The position numbers and the translations under genes are program-made. The notes beneath the pieces were generated by a model. It did no database searches and was not told where the DNA came from. It was given only the letters and a program-made list of their open reading frames with translations. From the NCBI GenBank assembly GCA_037443035.1, contig JBBIPC010000014.1:1-64000 (forward strand): a stretch of 64,000 bases of DNA, read 5' to 3'. Source of the DNA: Chthonomonadales bacterium. Lineage in GTDB: Bacteria > Armatimonadota > Chthonomonadetes > Chthonomonadales > CAJBBX01. Below, piece by piece: positions 1 through 10,634 of the stretch (positions are counted from its first letter, which is position 1; every line of letters starts with the position of its first letter).

Positions 1-175
1 CATCGAGGCTAGGGGCGGTCCTTTGCGGATCGCCCCCTCCCCAACCCTCCCCGCAGCGCCGCGGAACGATGAGCATCGCGCTCGACGGCGCCCGCACTCC
101 CACCTGCGCCGAGGGATGGATGATCGGCGCGGTCACGTCGCATTCCCTCCGCCCTTCGGCGGCCGTATTCGCGGC

Positions 176-1612
176 CTACCTCCAGTTGCGGAAGTCGGGC
201 CGGGGGCGGCCGCTGGGGCCGAAACCGGGCGGTCCCTGGAAGATCGGCGGCGCCGACTGGAACCCAGGCGGGCCCGGAGCTGGGCGCTGGATGCCGGGCG
301 GTTGGCCAAACGGGGACTGAGGGTAGCTGCCCGGGAATGTCGGCCCCCGGAACCGCATGAGGCCCGCAAGAACGCCCCCCAAGACGATCGGGAGGATCAG
401 GCTGAGGGCGAACATCGCGACGCCCATGAGCACGAAGGCACCGAATGCCGCCCAGCTCGAAATGTCGTGCAGGATGCCCAGGCCGATCACAGCCGCCACC
501 AGGGACCAGATGGCGCCGATTAGCATCAGCAACCCCACCAGCAGGACCAAGGCGGGCACGAGGAGCATGGCGACGATCGACACCACGTAGCAGCAAACGG
601 CCGGCATCGCCGAGTAGACGAGGGCGCGATAGGTCGCGCCGTACGGCTGGCGCCCCCCGAGCAACCGTACGATGAGGTGCAAGAGGCCCGCGAGCCCGAA
701 CTGCAGACCGATGCCGAGCACGAACCCGACGATGCCCTGGACGACGACCTCCGCAGTGGTACCTGCCATGGCCGCTCCAGCGTTCGCCGAGGCCCGGGCG
801 TTGCCGACGAGTAGGGCGGTCAGCAGGGCCCCTCCCACGAGGAGGCCGTTGATGATGGAGAAAACCAGCGGCTTCACGATGCCGTGGTGCCCTCGCTGGC
901 CGTAGAAGAACTCGGATGGCGAGAAGAGGATGGCCATGACGTTGCTCGGCGACCATCCGCCCGGATCCTCGCCCAGGGCGTTAGGCATTGCGGTGAGTTC
1001 CGACGTTCTGCCCGCGCCGTAGCGGGGCCGAGGCGGTGGCTGATACACCGACGCAGGTCCTGGTTGCCCATAGGCTGGTGCCGACGTGGTTTCGATCGGC
1101 ACGGGGTTGCCGGCAAGGTCGTAACGCACGTTGGCCGGTGCTGTGGGCGGCTGGGCGGGCGTGGTGCTCGGAGGCGGCGTACTCAGCGGAGACGCAGGCG
1201 GACGGCCGGTGGCCTGTTGGATCTGCCATTCGACCACGGCCAGCGCCCCTCGCGCCTTGGTGTTGTTGGGGTCCAGGGCAAGGATCGCCAGCCACTCGGC
1301 TCGAGCCGCCTCGAGATGCCCAGCTTGCTGCCGAGCCGTCGCGAGGTTGGATCGCGCAGTAACATTGGCCGGGTTGATCGTCACCGCACGGCCGAGCGCC
1401 TCGATACCCTCGATGTACTTGCCCTTCTGACAGAGAGCGATGCCCAGCAGGGTGTGCGCGTCGTCGGATCGGGGATCGAGCTGGACCGCTTCCCGCGCGG
1501 CCGCCTCGCCCTCTTCGACGCGCCGCTGCTTCAGGTGCTCCCGCGCTTCCTCGCAGAGACTCGCTGCCGTCCGCTCGCCGTTGGCTTGCGGTTCGGTTGG
1601 TTGGGCATCCAT
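176..1612 (-). CDS. TPR-repeat + Yip1-domain membrane protein
   Basis: N-terminal TPR-like helices (AVQLDPRSDDAHTLLGIAL, AVTINPANVTARSNLA), Pro-rich linker, about 5 hydrophobic segments with Yip1-like 'YGATYRALVYS', GGAGG upstream. Confidence 0.75.
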   Translation of the reverse strand: MDAQPTEPQANGERTAASLCEEAREHLKQRRVEEGEAAAREAVQLDPRSDDAHTLLGIALCQKGKYIEGIEALGRAVTINPANVTARSNLATARQQAGHLEAARAEWLAILALDPNNTKARGALAVVEWQIQQATGRPPASPLSTPPPSTTPAQPPTAPANVRYDLAGNPVPIETTSAPAYGQPGPASVYQPPPRPRYGAGRTSELTAMPNALGEDPGGWSPSNVMAILFSPSEFFYGQRGHHGIVKPLVFSIINGLLVGGALLTALLVGNARASANAGAAMAGTTAEVVVQGIVGFVLGIGLQFGLAGLLHLIVRLLGGRQPYGATYRALVYSAMPAVCCYVVSIVAMLLVPALVLLVGLLMLIGAIWSLVAAVIGLGILHDISSWAAFGAFVLMGVAMFALSLILPIVLGGVLAGLMRFRGPTFPGSYPQSPFGQPPGIQRPAPGPPGFQSAPPIFQGPPGFGPSGRPRPDFRNWR

Positions 1613-1733
1613 GACTGCCTCCCGCGTTCTCCGTGGCTATTGGCGCTTGTCAAGGACCCTTCTACCCCGACGGTCATCCAGCACTGCCGAATGGACCATA
1701 TGCATAGCTATAGATTCGCGAAGAGTCAAGCGT

Positions 1734-1758
1734 GCTCGAGTTCAGCTGCAACTCGAGC
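1734..1758 (-). terminator. Hairpin just downstream of purQ, possible terminator
   Basis: Perfect 9-bp inverted repeat GCTCGAGTT-N7-AACTCGAGC; no U-tract. Confidence 0.4.
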
Positions 1759-1765
1759 TCCTTCG

Positions 1766-2482
1766 TTAGTGTGGTTGCGCGACGACTCCGGTTGTCTGTA
1801 GCGTATGGATGACGCTCTCGAAGATAAGCCGGCCGTCCTGGGAACCCAGAATCGACTCGGAGGCCCGCTCCGGATGCGGCATCATGCCCAGAACGTTCAG
1901 GTTCTCGTTCATGACGCCGGCAATGTTGCCCATGCTGCCGTTGGGGTTGCTGTCTGGCGTCACATTGCCGTCGGCGTCACAGTACCGGAAAGCGATACGA
2001 CCGTCCGCTTCCAGCCGTTCGATGTCGGCTGGATCGGCGACGTAGCAACCTTCGCCATGGGCTATGGGAATCTGCAGGACCCGACGATCGCCGACCTTGC
2101 ACGTCCACGGGGTGTTGGAGGTTTCGACCTTGAGCCAGACCTGCCGACATCGAAACTTCAGTCCCGTGTTGCGGATCAGCGCTCCAGGCAGCAGATGGGC
2201 CTCGCACAACACCTGAAATCCGTTGCAGATGCCGATAACGAATCCGCCCCGAGCAGCGTGATCCTGGACGGCGCCCATGACCGGCGAGAAGCGGGCCACG
2301 GCACCCGTGCGCAGATAGTCACCATAGGAGAATCCACCGGGCAGAATGATGCAGTCGTAACCCTTCACCGATGTATCAGCGTGCCAGACATACTCCACTG
2401 CCACGTGGAAGACATCTCGCAGCACGTAGTAGGCGTCCTGATCACAATTGGAGCCGGGGAAGCGAACGACGCCGAACTTCAC
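1766..2482 (-). CDS. purQ: Phosphoribosylformylglycinamidine synthase subunit PurQ
   Basis: [33 protein letters not shown] start overlaps the purS stop (GTGA). Confidence 0.96.
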   Translation of the reverse strand: MKFGVVRFPGSNCDQDAYYVLRDVFHVAVEYVWHADTSVKGYDCIILPGGFSYGDYLRTGAVARFSPVMGAVQDHAARGGFVIGICNGFQVLCEAHLLPGALIRNTGLKFRCRQVWLKVETSNTPWTCKVGDRRVLQIPIAHGEGCYVADPADIERLEADGRIAFRYCDADGNVTPDSNPNGSMGNIAGVMNENLNVLGMMPHPERASESILGSQDGRLIFESVIHTLQTTGVVAQPH

Positions 2483-2721
2483 TCGTCTACCTCGAAGCGG
2501 TAGTCTTCGATGATCGGGTTGGCCAGGAGCCGGTCGCACATCTCTTTGACATCCTTGGCAACGCGCTCACGATCGCCTTCCATGTCGAGGACGATGTACT
2601 TACCAATGCGGACGGACTTCACCTTGTCATACCCAAGAGAGGTCAGCGCGTTCTGGACAACACGACCCTGCGCGTCGAGGAGCGTGGGCTTGAGGGTGAT
2701 GAAGACCTTGACCTGGGGCAT
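2479..2721 (-). CDS. purS: FGAM synthase subunit PurS
   Basis: [39 protein letters not shown]. Confidence 0.96.
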   Translation of the reverse strand: MPQVKVFITLKPTLLDAQGRVVQNALTSLGYDKVKSVRIGKYIVLDMEGDRERVAKDVKEMCDRLLANPIIEDYRFEVDE

Positions 2722-2741
2722 GCTGGGCTCCTTTGGCACTG

Positions 2742-3068
2742 CTAGCGCGTCCGCAACAACCACCATGATAGCACAGCCACCGCTGACGCGACAAGCACGC
2801 CCACGAGCCACATACTCGTGCTGAGGCCACGCTCATCGCGCTCGGCTTCGGAAGGGGGCAACGGCTGGGGATTCGCACCCACCACGCGTGGAGGGCGTCG
2901 TCGGACACGGGACTCCTTGCGCTGATGCGAACTCAGGGTTCCAATCATTCGGCCGGCCGCGCGAGCAAGAGGAGGAATGAGCCCTGGTGCCAAAACGAGG
3001 ATCGCGATGGCAAGACCGACCACCCACTGCACCGGCGACGTTATCATCGCTGGGTCGAGTGTTATCAC
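2742..3068 (-). CDS. Small membrane protein with TatA/TatB-like N-terminus
   Basis: TM helix plus hinge/amphipathic helix (ILVLAPGLIPPLARAAGRMIG); extra C-terminal TM helix. Confidence 0.45.
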   Translation of the reverse strand: MITLDPAMITSPVQWVVGLAIAILVLAPGLIPPLARAAGRMIGTLSSHQRKESRVRRRPPRVVGANPQPLPPSEAERDERGLSTSMWLVGVLVASAVAVLSWWLLRTR

Positions 3069-3379
3069 GGCTTGCTTTGCCTGCGTGAACGCCGACGATT
3101 GTCGTCATCTGTCGAACGTCTCAGCCGGGTCAGCACTTCCTCGGTCGTAAGACCCTCGACCTCCACCACCTTGCTGCGTCCGATCGCTCCAGCGGCAATA
3201 CGTAGCCTGCTACGCGGCACGTTCAGGGCCTCCGCCAAGACCTTGATGACGGCTGCATTCGCCTCTCCATCCACTGGTGGAGCGTGGACCCGCACACGCA
3301 CAGTACCCTCAGCATCCACGGCCACTTCGTCAGTGTTCGCCCGAGGCGTGACCCGTATATCGAGCCGTGCCGGCGCCAT
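3065..3379 (-). CDS. yggU: DUF167/YggU family protein
   Basis: IRVTPRA, VRVHAPPVDGEANAA, GRSKVVEV; near yggT. Confidence 0.9.
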   Translation of the reverse strand: MAPARLDIRVTPRANTDEVAVDAEGTVRVRVHAPPVDGEANAAVIKVLAEALNVPRSRLRIAAGAIGRSKVVEVEGLTTEEVLTRLRRSTDDDNRRRSRRQSKP

Positions 3380-3381
3380 GG

Positions 3382-4833
3382 CTAGCTCCCCAGGTACAGC
3401 GCTATGTACGCGAAGACCATACTGTTGTTGATGGCATGCGCGATAATGGACGGCCAGAGAGACCCACTCAGTCCGTACAATGCGGAGAAGATCATCCCGA
3501 GCAAGAAGATACTCAGAAACCCCATCGGTAGCTGTGGGTGGAGCAAAGCGAACAATAGCGACGACAATACGGCGGCACCAGCGAGACCATGAACCGGCTG
3601 AAGGGCCCGAAGCAGTATCCCGCGGAACACGAACTCCTCGGCGAATGGGGCGATGATGCATCCCAGCACAATCAGGAGGCCACGAGGCATCGGTCCGCTG
3701 GCCAGTGCAAAGTCCAGCGCCGCGGGATTCACGCGACTGGTTGTCGGCTCGAACACCCGAGCAGAGAGCGCCACCGCCAACACGACAAGAGGTAGCCCTA
3801 CAGCGTAGCCTCCCAGCCCCATGAGGACATGACGAAGCAATCTTGGATGCCCCAGTCCTAGGTCGGTGCCGGTCAGGCCGATGCCTCGGCCCCGCACTAC
3901 GAGCAACAGGCAGGGGGCCAGGAGAGAAAGTAGCGCCGTGCCTGCATTCACAACTGCGCGCAAGCTGATGGCCCACTGATCGGTAGGGGAGGCCTGAAGT
4001 ATCGGGTTGGCAACATATGGGACCACCAGCCGCAGCAGAGCCAGACCTCCAAAGTAAGAAGCGCCTGCGTATGTCAGCACACGCGCCGCTACTTCCGGCA
4101 GAGGAGCGAGCATGCTGACCGGCCTTCCGGACCGTTGGCGGACAATGAGGACGACCGTCGTTACGAGCAGCAGGGCAGACCCGACAAGAGCCACGAGCAT
4201 ACTACCCACGACGAGGCCACCTAGACGGTCCGTGGGCCGCAGCGCGATCCGTCTGTGCCTCTCGGCTTCTGCCTTCTGACCACACCGATCGAACAGAGCC
4301 GCGAGGGCCACATGGCGGTACCAGCCTATCTCGAGCGAGCGCAGGAATCGGGCGGACCGCTGGCACTCGCCGGCTGCGAGCGTGGCGTCGCCCAGTGCGG
4401 CATTCCACGTCGCCAACTCCTCATCCACATCGCACAGCGTCCTCTTCGGCAGCGTATCGCGCAGCCTAACGAGTGCTTCGCGCCAGTCATCGCGTCCCGA
4501 AGCGTAACGAGCCACTGCTAGAATGCGCTGGGCGTCCGGCGTTCGTTTGAGCTGAGCGAACTGATGGAGCTGATCCAGTCCGTCTGCACGTTGTGCTTGC
4601 GGGAACGCCACGCCCATGTAGGTGCGCCAACGCCAGCGCAACCAGTACTCCGAGCGAACCTTGCCCGTACCTTCGATCAGCAAGCGTATGGAACCGCTGC
4701 TGGTGGTAGATCCGCTGCGGGGGAAGAAGCCAACGAGCGCCGCGAGTCCGGCCGCCAAAGCCAACGGAATCCATCTGCGGAGGCCAGTGGCGCTCCCCCG
4801 ACCGCGTTCACCATCTGCTGGTCCGTCCGGCAA
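3382..4833 (-). CDS. CPBP (CAAX/Abi) intramembrane protease with large N-terminal domain
   Basis: EEFVFRG, FALLH and HAINN motifs in the C-terminal TM domain. Confidence 0.88.
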   Translation of the reverse strand: MPDGPADGERGRGSATGLRRWIPLALAAGLAALVGFFPRSGSTTSSGSIRLLIEGTGKVRSEYWLRWRWRTYMGVAFPQAQRADGLDQLHQFAQLKRTPDAQRILAVARYASGRDDWREALVRLRDTLPKRTLCDVDEELATWNAALGDATLAAGECQRSARFLRSLEIGWYRHVALAALFDRCGQKAEAERHRRIALRPTDRLGGLVVGSMLVALVGSALLLVTTVVLIVRQRSGRPVSMLAPLPEVAARVLTYAGASYFGGLALLRLVVPYVANPILQASPTDQWAISLRAVVNAGTALLSLLAPCLLLVVRGRGIGLTGTDLGLGHPRLLRHVLMGLGGYAVGLPLVVLAVALSARVFEPTTSRVNPAALDFALASGPMPRGLLIVLGCIIAPFAEEFVFRGILLRALQPVHGLAGAAVLSSLLFALLHPQLPMGFLSIFLLGMIFSALYGLSGSLWPSIIAHAINNSMVFAYIALYLGS

Positions 4834-4852
4834 CCGATTCCCTCGACATCGC

Positions 4853-5143
4853 CTAGCCGCCGGCCGAGCGGAGCACGTCGGCGACGAGCTGCAAGAGGAG
4901 AATAGCGATCATCGGGCTGATATCCAGTCCCTGCAGCATACGCGGCGGCACGAGTCTCCGAATCGGCGCAAGGACCGGATCCGTCATGCGATGGAGAGCG
5001 CGGACCCAGGGCTGATAGGGGCTTGCCCATCGCATTCCTAGGTACCAGGCCCAGGAGACGATGACGTCAGCGACTATCAGTAGACTCAGGAGGTGGAGAA
5101 GCGAGGCCAGAAGACCTGCCAAGCCAACCCCGGGACCGGACAT
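4853..5143 (-). CDS. yggT: YggT family membrane protein
   Basis: TDPVLAPIRRLVP and GLDISPMIA signature. Confidence 0.9.
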   Translation of the reverse strand: MSGPGVGLAGLLASLLHLLSLLIVADVIVSWAWYLGMRWASPYQPWVRALHRMTDPVLAPIRRLVPPRMLQGLDISPMIAILLLQLVADVLRSAGG

Positions 5144-5156
5144 GGCAACGATCCTC

Positions 5157-5735
5157 CTACTCCTGCTTACGGCCTTCCAGTGCCCGGCGCACGCGCTCTC
5201 GGTTCACGCGGGCAGCGGCACGCCCAGGGTTGGCAGGGTCCTCCGCGGCCCGAGTCCACGTCTCCAGCGCTTTCTGGAGTTGGCCGTCCTTCTCGTAGGC
5301 ATGGGCAAGAGTGTGGAGTACGATCTTGGCACAGTCACGCTTGGAAACGGCTTCTTCGAGTAGTTTCAGTCCGCCCTTCAAGTCCTTCTTTCGGTTGATG
5401 AGGTAGAAGCCCTTCTCGTAATAGAGCTCGTAACTATCGGGGTTGGCTGCAATGCCCTGATCGTACAGCACTTCAGCGTCCGCATTCCGGCCCATGCTCC
5501 ATAGGAGCCAGCAACTGTCCACATAGGGATCTGTGAAGCGCGGCCACGCAGCAACGACCATGCGGTTCAGGTTGACAATATGGGCGTACTCACCCTTGTG
5601 CCAATGGCGATCCGACTGGACATAAAGGAGACGAACGACCTCACCGCTGATAGCATCGGCCACGTCCGGACTGCTCTGTGCCGACGCGGCAGGACCTACC
5701 GCTAAGATCGAGAACACCACGAGCCATCGTCTCAT
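5157..5735 (-). CDS. Secreted TPR protein
   Basis: Signal peptide (ASA|Q), TPR-like repeats; start overlaps the gatB stop. Confidence 0.7.
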   Translation of the reverse strand: MRRWLVVFSILAVGPAASAQSSPDVADAISGEVVRLLYVQSDRHWHKGEYAHIVNLNRMVVAAWPRFTDPYVDSCWLLWSMGRNADAEVLYDQGIAANPDSYELYYEKGFYLINRKKDLKGGLKLLEEAVSKRDCAKIVLHTLAHAYEKDGQLQKALETWTRAAEDPANPGRAAARVNRERVRRALEGRKQE

Positions 5736-7177
5736 GCATTGTACTCCTTCTGCAGGCGCTCCAAGAGGATGCGCCTTGTCTCCTGGGGATTGGCCTTACC
5801 CCGCGAGACTCTCATAATCTGACCCATCAGGTAGGTCAACTTCTTCTCGTCACCTTGCACCAGCGCCTCCCAGACATCCGGCTGCTCGGCGATCACCTGG
5901 TCAATGAAACTACTGATCGTCTCGGCATCGGCGATCTGACCGCCTTCTCGTGCCGCAAGTTCTCTTGCCGACACTCCCGTCTCGAACATACGCTCGAAGA
6001 AGCCCTTGGCCATCTTCCCGCTAATGCGACCCTCGGTCACGAGCCTCAACAACTCCGCGAGTGCTTCTGGTGTTACTCTAGACTGGTCCAGCTCGGTTCC
6101 TGTGGCGTTCAGCAGCCTGGCGAAGTCGCCCATCATCCACGCTGCCACCTCCGACGGACGACCTCCAGCCTCGACTGCTTGGAAAAAGTACTCGGCATGA
6201 CGAGGCGATTGCGTCAACCACTCGGCCTCGTTTCGTGCCAGTCCGTAGTCGCGCATCAACCGCGCACGCGCCTGTGCCGGTAGCTCCGGTATTCCCGTCC
6301 GGACGCGTTCGATCCACGCATCATCAATACGCAGAGGCACTAGATCGGGTTCAGGAAAATACCGGTACTCCTGCTCCTCTTCCTTGGTCCGCTGCGGCAC
6401 AGTCTCCTGCCGGTCATCATTCCAGCCGCGCGTCTCCTGGACTACGGTACCTCCACGCTCGAGGATCCGTACCTGACGAGCGATCTCGTATTCGATCCCC
6501 CGATAGACCGCTCGGAACGAGTTCAGATTCTTGATCTCCGTCTTCGTACCATAGGAGGAGGATCCGACAGGCCGCACGGACAGGTTCGGCTCACAGCGCA
6601 GACTGCCCTCTTCCATGCGACCGTCGGATACGCCGATGTACGTGAGAATGGAGCGGAGTTCCATGAGATAGGCCCTGGCCTCAGCCGCCGTACGCATATC
6701 CGGTGGGAACTCGGTCACGATTTCCATGAGAGGCACACCGGATCGGTTGTAATCCACGACACTACCACCACCGGGGAGGTGCATCAGCTTGCCGGTGTCT
6801 TCCTCGAGATGGACACGACGAATACGCACGCGTCGAGTGACACCGTCTACCTCCACGTCGAGCCAACCATGCACGCCGATAGGCTGGTCGTATTGCGAGA
6901 TCTGGTAGCCCTTGGGAAGGTCAGGATAGAAGTAATTCTTGCGGTCGAATCGGGTCGTCTTGTTGATGGTACAGTTCAACGCCAGCGCCGCCCGTATGAC
7001 GAAGTCCACCGCCTGACGGTTCATCACAGGCAGCGCGCCCGGCATTCCAACGCACACCGGGCAGCAACGAGTGTTCGGTTCGCCGCCGAAGGCGTTCTGG
7101 CACGAGCAGAACATCTTGCTTGCCGTCCTGAGTTCCGCGTGGACCTCCATGCCGATGAAAGCTTCGTACTCTGCCAT
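5732..7177 (-). CDS. gatB: Asp/Glu-tRNA amidotransferase subunit B
   Basis: [43 protein letters not shown]. Confidence 0.98.
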   Translation of the reverse strand: MAEYEAFIGMEVHAELRTASKMFCSCQNAFGGEPNTRCCPVCVGMPGALPVMNRQAVDFVIRAALALNCTINKTTRFDRKNYFYPDLPKGYQISQYDQPIGVHGWLDVEVDGVTRRVRIRRVHLEEDTGKLMHLPGGGSVVDYNRSGVPLMEIVTEFPPDMRTAAEARAYLMELRSILTYIGVSDGRMEEGSLRCEPNLSVRPVGSSSYGTKTEIKNLNSFRAVYRGIEYEIARQVRILERGGTVVQETRGWNDDRQETVPQRTKEEEQEYRYFPEPDLVPLRIDDAWIERVRTGIPELPAQARARLMRDYGLARNEAEWLTQSPRHAEYFFQAVEAGGRPSEVAAWMMGDFARLLNATGTELDQSRVTPEALAELLRLVTEGRISGKMAKGFFERMFETGVSARELAAREGGQIADAETISSFIDQVIAEQPDVWEALVQGDEKKLTYLMGQIMRVSRGKANPQETRRILLERLQKEYNA

Positions 7178-7189
7178 TTCTCTAAGGCC

Positions 7190-8647
7190 TCACAGCTCCG
7201 GGCTTCGTCGCCACCAGTCTGTAGCCTGCTCATAGGTGTAGGCAGCACGGAGTAGCGTTACCTCATCGAAAGGCTTCGCCATGATCTGGAGGCCGATAGG
7301 TAGGCCGTCATGGAAGCCGCACGGGACGGAAATCGCAGGAACCCCGGCCATGTTGGCAGGTAAGGTACAGGTGTCCGCGAGTTTCATAGCCAGGGGATCT
7401 TCGGCCCGCTCACCAAGCCGGAAAGCAACCGTCGGCGATGTCGGAGTGATGAGCACGTCGTAACGTTCGAATACGCGTTCGAAGTCGCGGCGAATCAGTG
7501 TACGTACCTGCTGAGCACGTTTGTAATACGCCTCGTAGTACCCTGCGGAGAGAGCATACGTACCCACCATGATGCGCTGCTTCACTTCACGGCCGAAGCC
7601 TTCTGCCCGCGTCCTCTCCGCCATGCCGATATGCCCGCGGCCTGCCGCGTGTGCTCGGAAGCCGTACTTCACACCGTCGTAACGCGCGAGGTTGCTGCTT
7701 GCCTCTGCTGGTGCGATGATGTAATAGGCAGCCAAACTCCAAGAAGTACTGGGCATCGAGCACTCTTCCGCGATGGCACCCAGGTCGCTGAGGGTGTCGA
7801 CAGCAGTACGTACAGCCGAAGCCACTTCGGCCTGTACACCGGACGCGAAATACTCCCTGGGAACTCCGATACGGAGCCCTCGCACGTCCGCTATGCAGGC
7901 AGCTTCGTAGTCGGACGCCGGCATGCTGACACACGTCGAGTCCTTGCGGTCTCCACCGGCGATCACCTGAAACAGCAACGCCACATCTCGTACCGACCGT
8001 GCCATCGGTCCGATCTGATCCAGTGAAGAGGCATAGGCAACGAGACCGTAGCGGCTCACACGGCCGTAAGTCGGTTTGAGGCCGACAATTCCGCAAAGGG
8101 CGGCTGGTTGGCGAATAGAGCCACCTGTGTCCGATCCCAGAGCCAGGGGAGCCTGTCTGGCCGCCACGGCAGACGCGGAACCGCCGGACGAACCTCCCGG
8201 GACGCATGCGACGTTCCAAGGATTCCGCGACGGGCCGAACGCGCTGTTCTCAGTAGACGAACCCATGGCGAATTCGTCGAGATTCGACTTGGCAACGACA
8301 ATGCCCCCAGCCTGCTGCAACCTCTCGACCACGGTCGCGCTGTAAGGGGGCACCCAATCGGCGAGCATACGAGACGCGCATGTCGTCTTGATACCGGCCG
8401 TGCAGATATTGTCCTTGACAATGACAGGCACGCCGGCCAGCGGTCCGCGCGTCTCGCTTGTCCCACTTCTGTCCAGTTCTCGTGCGTGGGAGATGGCCTG
8501 TTCTGGACAGACGGTGAGAAGTGCCTGCAGGCACGGCTCTGTCTGCTGGATGCGCTCGAGCGTCGCCATGACAGCTTCCTCAGCGCTGACACCGCCCTGG
8601 GCTATAAGGTCGGCCAGTTCCTTGGCTCCCATCTCGGTCAGAGCCAT
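7190..8647 (-). CDS. gatA: Asp/Glu-tRNA amidotransferase subunit A
   Basis: Amidase signature PGGSSGGSA, GSDTGGSIRQPA, EASSNLARYDG. Confidence 0.98.
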   Translation of the reverse strand: MALTEMGAKELADLIAQGGVSAEEAVMATLERIQQTEPCLQALLTVCPEQAISHARELDRSGTSETRGPLAGVPVIVKDNICTAGIKTTCASRMLADWVPPYSATVVERLQQAGGIVVAKSNLDEFAMGSSTENSAFGPSRNPWNVACVPGGSSGGSASAVAARQAPLALGSDTGGSIRQPAALCGIVGLKPTYGRVSRYGLVAYASSLDQIGPMARSVRDVALLFQVIAGGDRKDSTCVSMPASDYEAACIADVRGLRIGVPREYFASGVQAEVASAVRTAVDTLSDLGAIAEECSMPSTSWSLAAYYIIAPAEASSNLARYDGVKYGFRAHAAGRGHIGMAERTRAEGFGREVKQRIMVGTYALSAGYYEAYYKRAQQVRTLIRRDFERVFERYDVLITPTSPTVAFRLGERAEDPLAMKLADTCTLPANMAGVPAISVPCGFHDGLPIGLQIMAKPFDEVTLLRAAYTYEQATDWWRRSPEL

Positions 8648-8653
8648 GGAGAC

Positions 8654-8944
8654 TCAGTCCTCTAGGATTCGTGGCACAGCGAAAAAGCCTTCTGCTGCCT
8701 CCGGCGCATTGCTGAGGACCGCTTCCTGTGACAGCGACTCCGCTGCCACGTCCTGTCGCAAGAAGTTGTACATACCGATCACATGGGACGTAGGCTCCAC
8801 TCCCGTTACATCTACCGTCTGCAGGACCTCGAACCATCGCATGAGAGCGTTGATGTGTTCATACTGAGCGGCCATTTCCTCCTCAGGCAATGCGAGCCGC
8901 GCAAGCCTCGCGACAGTCCTTATGTCGGTATCGGTCAGGGGCAC
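8654..8944 (-). CDS. gatC: Asp/Glu-tRNA amidotransferase subunit C
   Basis: VARLARL, VDVTGVEPT, GFFAVPRI; GTG start after GGAGG; upstream of gatA. Confidence 0.93.
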   Translation of the reverse strand: MPLTDTDIRTVARLARLALPEEEMAAQYEHINALMRWFEVLQTVDVTGVEPTSHVIGMYNFLRQDVAAESLSQEAVLSNAPEAAEGFFAVPRILED

Positions 8945-9008
8945 TCCTGTCCTCCGATCTGCATGGATTCCGCCATGGCCCTCCGCCAATATGGCGGAAG
9001 GCGTTCGA

Positions 9009-9701
9009 TCACGAATGCAGTGTACCGCCTCGAGCAGTGTCCCGCCATTCGCGATCTCGAAGTCTGCGATGTCGAGCCTCTGCCAGAGCCGCTGCACTGA
9101 GCGGATCCTCCTCCGAAGGTGGAGGGGCGGGCAGGACAAGTCGGTGTGCGAGAAAGGCTGCGACGAGGCTGCACAACCCCGCGATCAAGGCAGCCAGCGA
9201 TAGGGAATTCGGCATCGTCACCAGACCCACCACGCCGTGGCCGATGAGGAACACCGCACCTGCCCCGAAGAGCAGCCGCTTGGCAAGCACAGTGCGCGGA
9301 CGGATGATCTCCGTGGTCCCGGCTGCTGCGGCCATGGCGAACACAACCGCCCACCCGAGCGAATAAAGGCCGGAGAGCGCGGCGAGTTGTACAGGTGGGC
9401 CGACCACTCTCGCTCGGTACATTCCGAGCAAAGCCATGAGCGCGGCAGCGTATGCTAGCACGACGAGGAGCAGGCGTCGCAGAGGTTGGAAACACAGCGC
9501 CAGCGCAACGGTCAGAATGGCTAGAGCTAGCAAGCCCGGATGCTGAGCAGCCGTTTCTCCGAGCGGCTCCGAGTGAATCGCGGCGAGCACTGCCGCTGGA
9601 GGAACGAGGATAGCCACGACAACGCGGGCGATCTGCTGGCGGGTCGGCCGGGGCCGGTGCCGCACGGAGTCGGATGACGTGCTCCTGGGCGGATGGTCCA
9701 T
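9009..9701 (-). CDS. Hypothetical multi-pass membrane protein
   Basis: About 6 hydrophobic segments; fills the gap between flanking genes. Confidence 0.6.
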   Translation of the reverse strand: MDHPPRSTSSDSVRHRPRPTRQQIARVVVAILVPPAAVLAAIHSEPLGETAAQHPGLLALAILTVALALCFQPLRRLLLVVLAYAAALMALLGMYRARVVGPPVQLAALSGLYSLGWAVVFAMAAAAGTTEIIRPRTVLAKRLLFGAGAVFLIGHGVVGLVTMPNSLSLAALIAGLCSLVAAFLAHRLVLPAPPPSEEDPLSAAALAEARHRRLRDREWRDTARGGTLHS

Positions 9702-9742
9702 GCCGTAGTCCCAGAGAGTTCAGCGCTAAGGTAGGCGACAGC

Positions 9743-10477
9743 CTAACGAGCGGCCTGAGCCCGTGTGTGCTCCAGGAACCACTGTCCCAGCGGCTCCTCG
9801 CGATACGCTTTGTCCCACGAATTGTGTCCTACACCGGGGTAGATTGTGAGCTTCGGATTGCCTCCCGCTGCCTTGATCACCTCTACCATCTTCTGCGACT
9901 GGGCCACCGGGACGGCCTGGTCTGCGTCGCCGTGGAAGCACCAGATCGGCATGTCCTTGAGCTTTGGAGCCAAGGCTTCAGGATCGCCATAGCCACATAT
10001 GGGTGCGATGGCAGCCCACCGCGAGGCGTGACGCGCGCCCAGGACCCATGTGCCGTGGCCGCCCTGGGAGAGACCTGTCAGGTACTGGCGTGCCGGATCT
10101 ACTGCGTATTCGCGCAGGACAGCGTCCACCATAGCCATGACAGCCTCCTCGTGGTCTTCCCACGCATCGCGAACCTGGGGCTTCTGAGGGAAGATGACGA
10201 TGAAAGGCCACTTCGCACTGTCCCAGAGTATGGCCGAGCCAATGCCCTGGGCGACCTGCTTAAGGCCATCCGAGCCACATTCGCCGGCACCGTGGAGGAA
10301 CAGGATGAGCGGCCACTTGCGGGATGGATCGTAGTCGCGGGGAACGTAGACGACGTAGCGATACGTCTTCTCCGAGAGACGCAGTTCCTTGAAAAGGAAG
10401 CCCGTTGCTACGTTGGCCGGTACCTGGGACATCGTTGTTCCCGAGGAAAGCATCAGTGCGGCGAAGGCCTGGAACAT
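9743..10477 (-). CDS. Alpha/beta hydrolase (predicted peptidase/esterase)
   Basis: LFLHGAGE, nucleophile elbow GLSQGG, FHGDAD, GVGHNSW; GAGGAG RBS. Confidence 0.88.
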   Translation of the reverse strand: MFQAFAALMLSSGTTMSQVPANVATGFLFKELRLSEKTYRYVVYVPRDYDPSRKWPLILFLHGAGECGSDGLKQVAQGIGSAILWDSAKWPFIVIFPQKPQVRDAWEDHEEAVMAMVDAVLREYAVDPARQYLTGLSQGGHGTWVLGARHASRWAAIAPICGYGDPEALAPKLKDMPIWCFHGDADQAVPVAQSQKMVEVIKAAGGNPKLTIYPGVGHNSWDKAYREEPLGQWFLEHTRAQAAR

Positions 10478-10634
10478 GGAGCCACTCCTCTTGGTATGTC
10501 TGGACCACACCCGGCTCAGGAGTCCGCATATGGTGCTGCACCGGGAAAGGTCTCGTTATGGGCATAATGTACCTCAGAGACTGCGCCTTGGAACGGGCAG
10601 CGGACCGGTGCCTCCGGCGCATGGAGACAAGTAA

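Noticed and set aside
11..54. GC hairpin and CCCCTCCCCAACCCTCCCC tract resembling a REP-like repeat
   Set aside because: Single partial copy at the window edge; no second copy seen
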